Source of the DNA: Camelus ferus
Taxonomy: Eukaryota
Direction of reading: 5' to 3'
NCBI RefSeq assembly: GCF_009834535.1
Contig: NC_045697.1
Coordinates: forward strand, 42,968,001 to 43,032,000
DNA length: 64,000 bases
The notes beneath the pieces were generated by a model. The model searched no databases and had not been told where the DNA came from. It saw nothing but the letters and a program-made list of their open reading frames with translations. Numbering within the stretch: position 1 is the stretch's first letter; every line of letters begins with the position of its first letter. Shown one piece after another: positions 38,753-52,260 of the stretch. The translations under genes were made by a program, and so were the position numbers.

Positions 38753-40769
38753 GTTCTAGAAATACTTGGTTTGGGAAGATGCTAAGTGTGGCCTATGATG
38801 TGAACTCCATACTGAGTTGTAATTTATTATAGCGAACATTCACTCATTCAGTCATCCAATACGGAGTCTGGTAAAAACACACACATTGTGGGGGTGTGTG
38901 TGTATGAGTGGACAAGGGGAGTGGAGGGGTCACTGTAGGAAATAGGACCCTCTGACTTGGCTTTCAAATAATTTCACTTTCAGTTTTGAAAAACTTCCAA
39001 GTATTGTGTGATGCAGACATCTCGATCCATCTCTAAGCCTAATCCCATCCCGGAAGATGGGGTCGGAGTGATGTGAGGCTGAAAGGTGCCTTCTGCACAG
39101 ATTACTTGGTGTTAGAAAGAAAGTTATTACTTTGTTAAAATGGCTGTGTCCCAATAGCCCGTGGTAATGTCCTTAACCTGCTTTACTTCCAAACAGCTGC
39201 AGTGAGTGGCCCCCTTGCTGGCCTGGAGGGGAACCCCTGATGCTAGGATCTGCAATCTGAGAAGTTGCAGTGGTAGTGAGGCAGGCAGCTGCCTGTTGAG
39301 CTTGCCCTTGTACCTTCTGCTTACTCCCTGAGTGCAACGGAGAGCTTGTTCCCTGCTGGGAGGCCAAGAGCTGCTTTCTCCATGAATTGGTCAACATTTA
39401 TTAGTGCCAGCAGTGTATCAGATCCACTACTTAACTGCATTTAGGAACATTACCGCTGAAAATACCAGCATTGACTGAGAGTAAGGTGACATCAAAAGAA
39501 TTCATTCATTCAACAAACTTTTATTAAAAAAATGCTCTGTGCCAGGCGTTGATCTCCAGGTTAAGGTCTCTTAGGTGCATTAATTTCATTTTGATGACAC
39601 GGATACTTTATTTTTATCATCCTCAGACTTTTTATGTGATTTGTTTTTTGTCATAAATGCAAACTAAAGCCTTTCACCCCCACCCCCAATATATCCCCTG
39701 CCAAAGTTTCCCCTAACAGTTCAAAAGCCTAAATTTTCTTCTGTCAGTTCTTTTTCCAGAAGTACATTAGGGTCACTAGAGCTCTGCATTTTGTAACGGG
39801 GTAAGAAATTAAAGCAATTTGTGTGAGTAGAAGAGCTTTTAAAAACTGCTGTTTGGGGATGGCCATATAATTTCCAGGTTTTCACAAAGGAAATGGAATT
39901 AAAATGAAGGTCATCGTTAAATTGAAACAAAATTTACTCCTTTTGTACCTCATCAGCTACTAATTAATGAGACTCTCACGAGTACTGAACAATACTATAG
40001 ATTAGGGGCTGCTGTCAGCATGAACACTTAGATTGGAATCCATAAAAAGCCCATTCTCCCAGCGATGGCTGGGTAGCAGCCCTGGGCCTGCCAAGTCTCT
40101 GTTATTGAGGATTTATTTAAAGATACTTTTTAAAGCATTTCCTCCTTTACAATGAAGACTTTTCTGTGTGTATTTCAGTAGACATTTAAAATCCCATCCA
40201 TAATCTTTTTGAAATCCTTCCCTCATTAAAATGACTTGGCTTGAGAGCTAGTTGGCATTGCAGTCGCTGATTATGGAAGGAAAAGCTGTGAGAAAAAACA
40301 ATTAAATAGAAATGAATTTCCACTGAGGAGAAATGCTTCCCCCTGACTTGGGGTGAGTGTTGGATTTAGGGTTGGGTGGTCATGAAACCTGGAGAAAGGA
40401 CAGGTTTTAATTGCCTCCAGCTCTTGTCCCTTCTTTAGAGGAACTCCGGGGACTTGGAAAAGTAGGGACTTATCCTAGGAATCTGAAATTTAACGTCTCA
40501 GTTTTTTCCCTCATTTTTTCCTTTTGCCTTCTGTGCTGCTATTTTTATGTGTTCGTATGCTTGTGTGTGGTTTTTAACTTTCCCTTGTTTGCTGCCCTTT
40601 GTTTCAGGGTTCCAAAACAAAATTCTGAAGTTATTGTAATCTAAAGTTTGACATCTCTAGTCCACTGAAATGTTGGGGAAAAGATATATATTTGGTCGCT
40701 GACAGTAGCTGAGGCTGAAAGGGTTTTTGCCTTTCCCCTCTAGTAGTAGCTCTGACCCACCCACAGCCT

Positions 40770-43700
40770 CTTTTTTTCCCCAGTTTTATCGAGATTGACA
40801 TAACATTGTGTAAGTTTATATACTGTGAAAGATTACTACAATAAGGCTAGTTAACACATTCGTTACCTCACATAATCTTTTTGTTTTTGGTGGTGAGAAT
40901 GTTTAAGATTTATTCTTAGTGAATTTCAAGCACCCAATACCATACTGTCAACTATAATCGCTGTGTGGTGTATTAGATCCCCAGAACTTTCTCATTTCAT
41001 GATTGAAGTGTGTACCCTTTGACCAACATCTCCCCATTTTCTCCAGCCCTCCAGCCCCTGGCAGCCACCATTCTACTCTCTGTCTCTACGAGTTCCACAT
41101 TTTTAGATTCTGTATGTAAGTAAGATCATACAGTGTTTGTCTTTCTCTGTCTGACTTATTTCACTTAGCATAATGCCCTCCAGGGTCATCGGTGTTATTG
41201 CAAATGGCAAGATTTCCTTCTTTTTTTATGGCTGAATGATATCCCATTGTATATACATATACACCACATCTTCTTTATCCATTCATTTGCTGTTGAATGC
41301 GTAGGTTGTTTTGAAGTTTTGGCTATTGTGAATAATGCTGCAATTAACGTGGTGGGGTGCAAATATCTCTTCAAGATCCTTGTTTCCTTTCCTTCAGATA
41401 TATACCAAGAAATGGGAATTCTAGACCATATGGTAGATTTATTTTTAATTTTTTGAAGAACCTCCATACTCCAATTTATATTTCCATCAACGGCGCAGAA
41501 GGATTCCCTTTGCTCAACGTCTTGCCAGCACTTGTTATCTCTTGTCTTCTTTTCTGTTGTAACTAGCTACCTTATTTTTTTCAGTTTTCCACCTTTTTAA
41601 AAACTGAAGTACAGTTGATTACAATGTTGTGTTAGTTTCAGGTGTACAGTATAGTGATTCTGTTACGTATATACATATATATTCTTTATCAGATTATTTT
41701 CCATTATAGGCTGTTACAAGATATTGAATATAGTTCCCTGTGCTATACATTAGGTCCTTGTTGTTTATCAATTTTATATGTAGTAGACTGTATATATTAA
41801 TCCTAAACTCCTAATTTATCCCTCCCCTCACACCTTTGGTAACCATGGTTTGTTTCCTATGTCTGTGAATATTTCTGGTTTGTGAATAAGTTCATTTGTA
41901 TCATTTTACTTTTTAGATTTCATATATAAGTAATATATGATATTTGTCTTTTTCTGTTTGACTTACTTCACTTTATATGATAATCTCTAGGTCCACCTCT
42001 GTTGCTGCAGATAGTTTAATTTCATTCTTTTTTATGGCTGAGTAGTATTCTGTTGTATGTATACACTACATCTCCTTCATCCATTCATCTATTGATGGAC
42101 ATTTAGGTTGCTTCTCTGTCTTGGCTATTGTAAATGGTGCTGCTGTGAACATTGGGGTGCATGTGTCTTTTTGAATTATAATTTTCTCTGGCTATATGCC
42201 CAGGAGTAGGATTGCTGGATCATATGGTAAGTCTGTTTTTAGTTTTTTAAGGAGCCTCTATACTATTTTCCATGGTGTTTGCAGCAAATTACATTCCCAC
42301 CAATAGTGTAAGAGGGTTCCCTTTTCTCCACACCCTCTCCAGCATTTTGTAGACTTTTTTTCAATGATGGCCATTCTGATTGGTATGAAGTGATACTTTA
42401 TTGTAGTTTTGATTTACATTTCTCTAATAATTAGTGATTTTGAGCACCTTTTCATATGCCTGTTGGCCATCTGTGTGTGTTCTTTGGAGAAATGTCTATT
42501 TAGGTCTTCTGCCCATTTTTTTGATTGGGTTGTTTTATTTTAATATTACACTGTATGAGCTGTTTGTATATTCTGGAAATTAATCCCTTGTTGGCTTCAT
42601 CATTTGTAAATATTTTCTCCCATTCTGTAGGTTGTCTTTTCATTTTGTTCATGGTTTCTTTTGCTGTGCAAAAGCTTTTAAGTTTAATTAGGTCCCATTT
42701 GCTTATTTTTTCTTTTATTTCCATTACTGTAGGAGACAAATTGGAAAAAAATATTACTGCGATTTATGTCAAAGAGTATTCTGCCTATGCTTTCTTCTAG
42801 GGGTTTTAGTGTCCAGTCTTAAGTTTAAGTCTTTAAACCATTTGAGGTTTATTTTTGTATATAGTGTTAGATAATGTTCTGATTACATTCTTTAAATGTA
42901 GCTGTCCAGTTTTCCCAGCACCACTTATTGAAAGGAATATCTTTTCTCCATTGTATATTTTTACCTCCTTTGTCATAGATTAATTGACCATAAGTGCATG
43001 AATTTATTTCTGGGCTTTCTATCTTGTTCCATTGATGTATGTGTCTGTTTCTGTGCCAATACCATACTGTCCTGATTACTGTAGCTTTGTAGTATAGTCT
43101 GATGTCAAGGAGTGTGATTCTCCCGGCTCTGTTCTTCTTTCTCAAGATTGTTTTGGCTATTCGGTGTCTTTTGGGTTTCCACACAAATTAAAAAAAAATT
43201 TTGTTTCAGTTCCATAGAAAGTGCCATTGGTGATTTGATAGGAATTGCATTGAATTTGCATATAGTCTTGGGTCGTATGGCCATTTTAACAATATTGATT
43301 CTTCTAATCCAAGAACACAGTATAACTTTCCATCTGCTTGTGTCATCTTTGTTTCTTTCATCAGCGTCTTACAGTTTTCAGAGTACAGCTCTTTTGCTTC
43401 CTTAGGTAGGTTTATTCCTAGAATTTTTTTTTTCTTTAAAGCCATGGTACATGGGATTATTTCCTTTATTTCTTTTTCTGATATTTCATTGTTAGTGTAT
43501 AGAAGTGCAACTGATTTCTGTATATTAATTTTGTATCCTACAACTTTACTGAATTCATTGATGAGCTCTAGTAGTTTTCTGGTAGCATCTTTAGGATTCT
43601 CTATGTATAGGATCATGTCATCTGCAAATAGTGACATTTTTGACTTCTTCTTTTCCAATTTTTTTTTTTTTGATAAAAGCCATTCTAACAAATATGAGGT

Positions 43701-43865
43701 GATACGTCATTGTGGTTTTGATTCACATTTCCCTGATAATTGGTGATATTGAACACCTTTCCATGCACCTGTTGGCCACCTGTATGTCCTCTTTGGAAAA
43801 ACTTCCATTCAGATCCTCTGCTCATTTTCAATTGGATTTTTTTTAATTTTTTGCTACTGAGTTGT
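40770..43865 (-). mobile_element. Older L1 (L1MA9-like) in two parts, 40770-41548 and about 43665-43865, split by a younger L1
   Basis: Left part ends ...ccagcacttgttatctcttgtctt and right part resumes tttgataaaagccattctaac..., which is contiguous L1 sequence. Confidence 0.85.
41590..43660 (-). mobile_element. 5'-truncated cetartiodactyl-type L1 (~2.1 kb) with RT C-terminal remnant
   Basis: Reverse-strand peptides [30 protein letters not shown], [16 protein letters not shown]; 3'UTR toward 41600. Confidence 0.93.
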
Positions 43866-44589
43866 ACATCCATAGCCTGCAAAACTGTCCCTCTTCTCAT
43901 GAGCTGAAGCCAGGTACATGACAGCAAGGTGGCTAACCAGTTAGCAAATGTGGTAGGGCTTTGCCCTCCTTGTGATATTCTGAGTTCAGGAAAAACCCTT
44001 GAATCAAAGGACTGGTGATAATTTTCTTATTTCTTTTTAAAACTCTTTCCATCCATGTGACTTTCCACATCATCCTTAGGGAAAGTCTGGAAGAGGAGGG
44101 AGGCCACAGCATAAATTGTTGGGTGGAGACATAAAATAAGTCTGGGGAATATTTGCCCAGCATGGGTCTGCAGCATGACTGACAGCAGGTGGGGAATGGT
44201 GGTGAGGACACGGGGTGAGCATGTTCTCCGCTAGAAGGCTGTGGCACATGTGGATTAGCCTGGTGACAATATGAGTGGAGAATAGGGGAGCTCATATTCT
44301 TTAGTGAGAAATGGCTGAACTCAGTAGTAGATTAAATGGAGAGATGAAAGGAGTGAAAGATAATGCCCATGTTTTTCACTTTGGAGCAGATAATTTCCAA
44401 TAAAGGGGAAGAAACAGTAAACCAACAGTTAGTCATTTATTAAGCATCCATTCTGCATCTAATAATTGTGCTCAGAGGGGTGCAAAAGAAATGGAAGACC
44501 TATTTTCTGCCATAAAACAACCATGATATAGTTTGAGAGAGTGGAAAAATCCATGCACAGGAAAATATAAACTAATAATAACTAATAAT

Positions 44590-44950
44590 AATTAATAGCA
44601 AATTCTCTTTATTGTAGTTAACTGTAGGGGATGGGTCCATTGCTAAGCACTTTCTGCTTCTTTTGATCAAGTTCTCATACAAACCTATGACAGCAACACT
44701 GTCGAAAATTAAAAACTGATAAAGTAACAATAACTTTCACTGAGAACTAAGGGCCAAGGAGCTGCCTGAGGAGCCTCAAAGGGCTGCTCCTTCCTCTGGG
44801 ACTGGTGCTATGGCTGCCCATAAATTACAGAGGAGAAAGTGAGGCTTTGAGACAAGTTCCTCATCTAAGTCACATAGCTAATGAGCTTCTAATAAGGGCT
44901 GGGACACAAACCTAAATCTGCCTAATTCTAAAGCCAAAGCTGTTACTATG
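44590..44950 (-). mobile_element. MIR SINE interrupted by a ~120-bp insert (about 44700-44820)
   Basis: ttgctaagcacttt...ctcatacaaacctatga, then ttacagaggagaaagtgaggct...aagtcacatagctaatgagc...gggacacaaacctaaatctg. Confidence 0.65.
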
Positions 44951-47900
44951 CAACACAGTATAAGTTGTCGGGATCAAAAAGAAATGCTCCTTTACTCCTA
45001 AAAAATATGTAAGATTTTTTTCAAGGTAACGCAGAAGCTCTAACAGAACCGGTGTTCACATGAAATTGCTTTATACTTATGGTCAAGTCTTATTCATGAG
45101 AGCTTCTTTCTCCCATTTCCTGTGTTCCCTCTGTCGACTCGCAAAGGACTTTATCATTTCTAAATGGGTGCGGCTGATGGCTGGGAAGCTTTGCATTTGC
45201 ACACACCCTCTACGGAAGCGCTATAAAGACTCTCCATTTACCATAAAGCGTGGGCTGTGCTGTTGAAAGTGAAGTATTGTCAAGATAAATCAGGAAAAAA
45301 AAATCCAGAACTGAATGCTGTGTTGGAGAGTATCTTAAAGAGCCTGTGCTTCAGAGGTATTTCCTTGGAATGCTTTAAAGAAACACAACTTGTTTAAAGG
45401 GATTCAGCCACCCTTCGCACTCTTTCGCATCAAATGCTCCCAGCTGGCTAGAAGGCGTAACAAAGCGTGCAGTGGGGTCCCCTCTCAAATTCTCAGGCTC
45501 TGTGGGTTTCGGAGTCTCCCTTTTGTGTATGGTTTGGAGTAAACTTTTCAAGGGAGTTAGTATAAACTCTGACATTCTCAGTCTGCATCTAGATGGCCGA
45601 TTTTGGAGAATTAGTCCTGTGGGCAAAAGACTCTCGTGCCCGTTCAGTTCATATCTCTTCCAACAGCTCCATTCAGTTTTGGGGGTTTCCAACCCATTTT
45701 CAAATTGTTTAATTCCAAAGGCAAATCTTTTAAAGTTACCCTCCCATCTCCTTTCCTTCTCGCAAGCAAACTGGGCTACAAAAGCAGAGGCCTCCCTTGG
45801 CCCTGTTTACTTAGAGTGCAAACCGTATTCAAGCCAGCGATGTCAGATTAAAGGAAGAAAGGAGAGAGAAATCAAAGCCTTAAACTGCACATAAAAGGCA
45901 ATCGCTGGCAACCAATCTGTTCGACTTCCAACTATTTGCACTTTATGAATAAAGGTCAATCTGTTATTGGCACCCAAATGTTAATGTTCTTATGAGGGTT
46001 TAAGCTGCTTTAACAGCTGAATAAGTGAGAGTGAGCCATAGGGCCACACCTAATCATTCAGGCCCAGCTGGGACATGGGGAGCTTCTCAAAAAGGCAAGA
46101 GATGCAGAGGGTATGGCATGGGGGGCCAGCCGAGGGGAGAGGAGCATGCGTTTCATGAGGGGATACGAGGGGGAAAAGATGAAATGACGTATGTATTACA
46201 TACAGGAAACTCAAGAATAAACGTGCCTGGACCTTTTTTCTTTCCATCTGTTCTGCATGCTGCTTGCTGTCTATAGCAGCTACCCCTGCCCCAGACCTTT
46301 GGCAGCTTTAGATCATCAATTATCTTCTAATATGCATTTGATTTTTCTCTTTGAAAAACAATACCTCCACACAGTTCATAGCCCTGCCTAGCAGAGTACT
46401 CTGAGTGAACAGTACAATGCAGTCAGTAGGCAGACCTCTGACTGGCCCCATGGTGAGGGCTGCCACCCGCCTCCCAGTCCGCAGGGACACAGCCAATCTC
46501 AAGGTGTTCCGTTTCCAGGTGAAAGAATAATAGTAGATACATCACCCCCGAGCCCCCTCCAAAGGGAAAAAAAGGGAAGGAAGGAAAGAAAAAAGCTTGG
46601 CATTCTGCATCTAGGCAGAAAACAACTGTGTATGATGCAAATGCCATTTTATTGTACCTCCAAATTATTCCCCGCAGATGGAGGCAACGTGTGACTGGCA
46701 GACAGATGGGGTTTTCCCCTCTGTGTGTGGGGCAAACGACCTCAGAAGTTTCTAGCTCTGTTCCTAAGTGTCCCGCATCCTCCCTAGGCCTCAGTTTCCT
46801 TCTCTGTAAAATGACAGTTTCCTTTCAGATCCCATTCAACTCTGCTGACCTCTCTTAGCTGGTTTCTTCAGCTAGACAGTGAGGATGTGTTATTGTGAGG
46901 TGAAAGGGAATCAGTTTTCTTGAGAAGACCTTTTAAAAACGAAAACGTCATCCTTCCTGAAGGCATCATCATTACGAATAGGACTTCTGTGGAAAGTGGA
47001 GGTTGTGCCCAAGGCTGGGCTCTGGGAGGGGGCGAGGAGGGTTGCTTTTCCTCACTCGTCATCATGTGAGCAGAAGCAAGCTATTCGTGTCCTCCTAAAT
47101 GTTCTCTCTCAAGATTTTGCCGACAATTCCCCTACTTGGTGCATCCTTCCCCAGTACTAACCATCTGTTAATATGCAACTTGGATACACTGAGTTGAACT
47201 GACTCTCCTTCCATCTCTCTTCTGGGACTTCACCCATTCCTGGCTGGAATATCATTGTTTCTGTACATTTCTGTCTCTTACGCAGGATGACAGACTCAGG
47301 AGTCTGGACCTCTGCCTTGGATTGGGCAGCATCTCTTTGCTGAACGGAATTCAAATGATGCTTGTTCTCCCCACCTTTTAAATAAACTGATTTATTTTTC
47401 AAATAGATACTAAATTCAAATACTATAAATGTCACAATTTTCATTATTAATTCATAGAAAGTAACTCCTTCCCCCTCCTTTCTCTCTGTCTTCAGTTTCT
47501 GATCAGGAAGCTGCTGTTACTGATTTCTTGTACTATTCTTTCTTAAACCTCCTTCCAGGACATAGTAAGTAAAACCGAGAATGCATCGCAAAGTGGTTCA
47601 AATGACAAGGGAGGAAGAGTGTTACAAACCACAGAGAATGATTCTTGGGAGACAGTACTTCCAGTGCATGCTGCAGTTGCTTCGGTGGGGCAGTCCAGTT
47701 TCTAGGAGGGTGGAAGGATGTTATTAACCAGCTGTGTCTTGTTGGGCAAGACCTTTAACTTTGTCAGGCCCTTTGGGTTCATGTCTACCCAACTTCCCAT
47801 CTCCACAGTTCTCTGATTCTTATCTAAACAAGAGTAATTTCACAAAATCAGAGAATCAGTGTTTGAGAAAATGAATTCCATATTAGCATTTTCAATCAGG

Positions 47901-48209
47901 AATTTAACCTTTGAGCTGGTGAAGCAGCTTTGCCAAATCAATCTATTTAGGAAATTAAAAATAAAATTAGGCACATTTATTGCAAATTAAAGTGAACTGA
48001 AATTGAACATTTCTAACTGGTGCCAGAAGAGAAATGTCCCAGTCAGATCTCTGTGCCAACAAGGCTAACAGGGCCAATCCTGAGTGCTATGCATTTCTTT
48101 TGCAGCTAGGATTTTCCTTCTCGCCTCCTTAGATGGGCTTTGGGATGAGGGTGAGGGTGAGGGGACTGTGAGGTCTGTAGATTTGTGTCCAGTCTTCTCT
48201 GTATATATG

Positions 48210-48450
48210 TGTTGAATTAGTCAGTGTCCTGACAGAAAGCAGATCTCACACTCAAACTGGGTAATTAGAAGAGAGTTTAATAATGGGCTGTTTACAGAGG
48301 GCTGGGCAGAGTTCCTGAAAATGAAAAAAAAGGATATTCCAGTACCTTGAGATTAGCAGGGGGAAAACCATTGTCACTCACTCATTGGCCTGAAGGGGTC
48401 AGGAGGAGTAATTCTGGAGAAGACAGGTGCACGGAGAGGGCTTCCTAACA
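48210..48450 (-). mobile_element. ERVL LTR fragment, LTR40/LTR41-like
   Basis: ttagtcagtgtcctgacagaaagcagatctcacactcaaactgggtaatt...gtttaataatgggctgtttacagag...ggcctgaagggg. Confidence 0.7.
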
Positions 48451-48499
48451 GGAACTTCCGCCTGCAATGTCCACCTGTCCTCTCTGGCCTGGGTATCTG

Positions 48500-48750
48500 C
48501 AGCTCATCCCTCAGGGTTCCCCAGATGTTCCTATGCTGGGAAGGCCTTCCCTGAGTTCACCCATCTGGGCTGAGCCCACACATTGGTCGCCGTGTAAGAA
48601 TCATGTGGATATTTTGATCATAGCACTTGTCACACTCTTTACTTTTCTGTGTCTCCTATAAGTCTGTGTGCTTCTTGAGAACATAGATTCTATCTTATTG
48701 GGCTTGTGTCCTCTGTCTCCAGTCAAGTGTTTGTGGAATGACAGGAAGGA
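48500..48750 (+). mobile_element. L2 3' end
   Basis: gggaaggccttccctgag...catagcacttgtcacact...tgtctcctataagtctgtgtgcttcttgagaacatag...gtttgtggaatga. Confidence 0.65.
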
Positions 48751-48964
48751 AATGACAGCACTGTCACAGCATTATTGTTCAGGGGCCTGGACTGTGCTTA
48801 CAGGCAGTTCTCCAAGTGCCTGGAGGGGCAGAGGAATCCCAGATACGGGTTCCCTTGATCACAAATTGGGAACATACTTTGACAACTAGTTTTGAAAAAT
48901 ATGAAAACCTCCATCCAGCAGCTGTTGAGTTTACAGGATACTCATTATTGAGGCTGCATGAGGG

Positions 48965-49870
48965 GGAGTGGTGTGAGGGCAAGCATGTGAACTAGGAATC
49001 AGGAGACAAGTTTTGCTCTAAACCTTTTGTCTAAGAATTAACCCTAAGGGGATGACTCTCTGAATGTGGAAGAAAATACACTCATGATTTTCATCACAGC
49101 ACTGTTTTCAAAAGAAAAAACCAAAGGCAACCTAAAGCCCATCAATAGGGATTAATTAACTAAATTATGATACGTAATACAATGAAACGTGTGCAGCCAT
49201 GAAGCATGATGAGGCGGACACATGGAAACATGCTTACGATATGTTGTGCGAAAAAGCAAGTTACCTACTTATGTGATCAGTATGATCATAATTTTATATG
49301 TAATATTCCCAGTTCTGTGAATTTGGCGGAATTTCTTAACCTCTCCCAGCCTCACTTTCCTCGTTTGTAAGTTACATCTACTTCATAGAGGTGTTCTAAG
49401 GAGTAAATGCAGATATCCAAGATACTAAGATAGTATTGGTTCATTGAAAGAGGTTAATATGTGTTAGCGCTTATTACAATCACTATTCATGTTATCTGTC
49501 TATATGCAAAAAAAAAAAGATATATGAAAGGATATTTGCAAAAATATTTCTGGTAATTATTGGTATACATTTTACTTTCTTCTTTGACATTCCTATATTA
49601 CTTGAATTTTCTCAATAATCATCTATCAATTTTGCAACAATATTAAAGTTAATTGGAAAAAGAAAACATCTGTTTTACTTCTTCCTCCACCACCTACTCT
49701 GTGTCTTTTGGGAAGTAACTGGATACCCCTGAACCTTATTTTCCTCATTTATAAAATATAAGGAACTATTCATTTATTTTCCACCTCAGAAGATTTTACT
49801 ATGGATCAAATGAGTTATTGGATTTGTCTGTGTTCTTGGAAAACAGCAAAGCAGTATACAAATATTAGAT
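48965..49870 (+). mobile_element. Cluster of MIR pieces and an L1ME fragment (about 49060-49290)
   Basis: MIR cores cttaacctctcccagcctcactttcctcgtttgtaa and ttttcctcatttataaaat; L1 motif ggcaacctaaagcccatcaataggga...tacaatgaaac. Confidence 0.65.
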
Positions 49871-50856
49871 ATAATTATTATTTGTATTAACTTCATTGGG
49901 ATCACGTACTTGGAATTTTTTTCCTACTTTTCCTCTGGATGTTTTGAAAGAGACAAGTAATTATGAAATGAGGTCTTAGGAAGCCCATAAATCGTGGACT
50001 GACTTGTAGGGGAAGCATCAATGATCTGCTACCATCCTCATAATGAACTGAGCAGAAGTCCTAGCCACCAAATTATTGACAGTGCAGACTGTTTCATGAG
50101 CCCTGGCTTATTTTCACTGCGAGTGGAGATCACTCTCTTCCTTCTTGGGCAGGAGACTCTCCGCTTTCTGTGTGGGTTTGTCTCTTGCCACGCTTGCTGC
50201 GGGCTAGCAGTGGCTATTAACTGGAGTGAGAGGTGAACCTGTCAGCAAACGTTTGGTGAATCCGTGAACGGAACGTACGGATTTGGAAGGCGAATCACTG
50301 CGCCGGTTCCCGAGGTTGCATAGGCGTTGGAGTCACTGGGGATTTGGTAATATTTACCGTAGCTTCTGACGCATCATCTCCTTCCCCTTCACTCATGAAA
50401 GATGCAGACGCCTTCAGGGAGGAGGTCCAACTCGAGCGTTCTGGGAACACAAGGAAGGACCTGTAGTCAAAATCTGCAAATCTGAAGGAGGTCTTTGTGC
50501 ACAGAAGCTGTCCAGCCTGTAAACGTCCCCAGTCACCAGATTAGTGCCAGCTTATTTTCCAGTGAAGACACCGGTGGTTGGGGAGGGAGGGGGAAGTTAG
50601 CAGGAGGGAACACAAAGGAAAAGACGCACTTAACACTAACCAAGTAACCAGGTAAGCGCCAAAGGAGCGTCTGCCCAGCCCGTGTCTGCAGAGGTGCCCG
50701 CCGACCCCTTAGAACAGCCCTCCGGGCACACGTGCTTGGCAAATATTTGTGGAATAGGATTATGAATATTTCTCTTTCGTAATACCTTTACAAATGTGAT
50801 TAATTTTTTGAGGGGACGGAGCAGAAAGGACCCCAGAAAGCTGAGAGATAGCGGTG

Positions 50857-50905
50857 TTTTTTGTTGTTGTTTTGTTTTTTGTTTTGTTTTGTTTTGTTTT
50901 TGGTT
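50857..50905. repeat. (TTTTG)n / (TTG)n simple repeat
   Basis: Seen directly. Confidence 0.9.
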
Positions 50906-51099
50906 TCTTAAGATGAGCAATATATTTCTAGTGAGAAATGATGAGTGAGTTTGAGTGTATTTCACTGCCTACGCGCCCCTCCCCCATCCTGGGCTTTTAG
51001 TACATCTTGGGCTCTTGGTGTGTTCAGTCAGGATTTAAGGCCTCCCTGAGAACCAGAAGAAACATTTACTCTCCCCTTTCCCACTCTTTGGAAGGTTGC

Positions 51100-52260
51100 C
51101 GTCCAAGCTTATAAAAGTCATTTCCATTTTCAAAAGCGGAGTTGGTGAAACACTTTGGAAACTTTCCCTGAACCCCTCCGCTCCCCCAACCCGCCCCACT
51201 CCATCTTCTTGTTCGAGAAATGCAAATCGAAAGCCAATCCTATTTTATGTTAAAAAGTGAAAAACATTTCAATGTATTCTTGTCTTGTATGACTGGCTGA
51301 GAGCCTCTAAATCCCCACCATTTACCAAATTAAACTAATTGAAAGTGCTTCCAAAAGCCACATCTGTAGGCTGACGTTTGTCCCTGCCTTTCACTTGGCG
51401 GCTCGGGGAACTGTTCTCCATTCCATTGATCCCTGAATAGTCATGCCTGTCAGGAAGCCACATCAGCCATTATCATTCTAATTTTACTGCCTTTCTTGGT
51501 CCCTAATCTAATTTGCAATGATGCTTAAGCATTTCGCGAGGCCATAGCACTTTCTTCAGAATTTCAACAAGAGCATTAAACCCCCAATTTACATTAATGA
51601 AGTGCACATTTAATTAGGGGAGAGGGTAAATGGAGGGCTCCTCAGGAGCAGTTTGTGTGATATGATAGGCACTCCAGAAGGGAGGGAGACAGATCTGATC
51701 AAAGACGTGCCATCTATCAGAAGGCTGGATGCCTTTCCCTCAACCCCCTCGCTTCCTCCTGGCCTCACCTTCTCACTTCCACCAGCCCATCAGCTATGTC
51801 TACTTCTCTAAAACTTGCTCCACAGCTACGACGCTAAAATTATGAAAGCAGACCTGTCAGCAAGGGAGCGCCAGGCAGAGGACTCTGTAAGAGGGTCATG
51901 TGGTTTTCAGGTCCCCTGCTGCCCTCCAAAGGGGAGATTAACTTGTTCTTTTAAATAATGAGAAACATAGGAAACCGGCTCCAGTCTCCTGTTTAATGAA
52001 TGCATTAAGCCCCCGGGCTGAGCGGCACAGTGGTCCTGCACAAACTTGGCTGACTGTGGAGAGAGGGGTGGGCGAGGGGGAGGGGCAGGGATGAATTTCT
52101 GGTCATGGATCCATGCAATGAATTCATTTCCACACATTACCCGAGATGCAGTGATGTCACGCCGTGAAGTCTCTGCCGCGGGCTCTGCTGGACTCAGGCG
52201 TCTGACGCAGGGGCGGCGGATGTGCGCACGTCTGCGTCCACTTGCATATTTATCTTAAGA
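51100..52260. promoter_or_regulatory. Candidate enhancer/promoter-like element
   Basis: No recognisable repeats, raised CpG; clustered NF-kB-like, GC-box, octamer and CCAAT motifs at 51157-51239; many TAAT cores. Confidence 0.4.
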
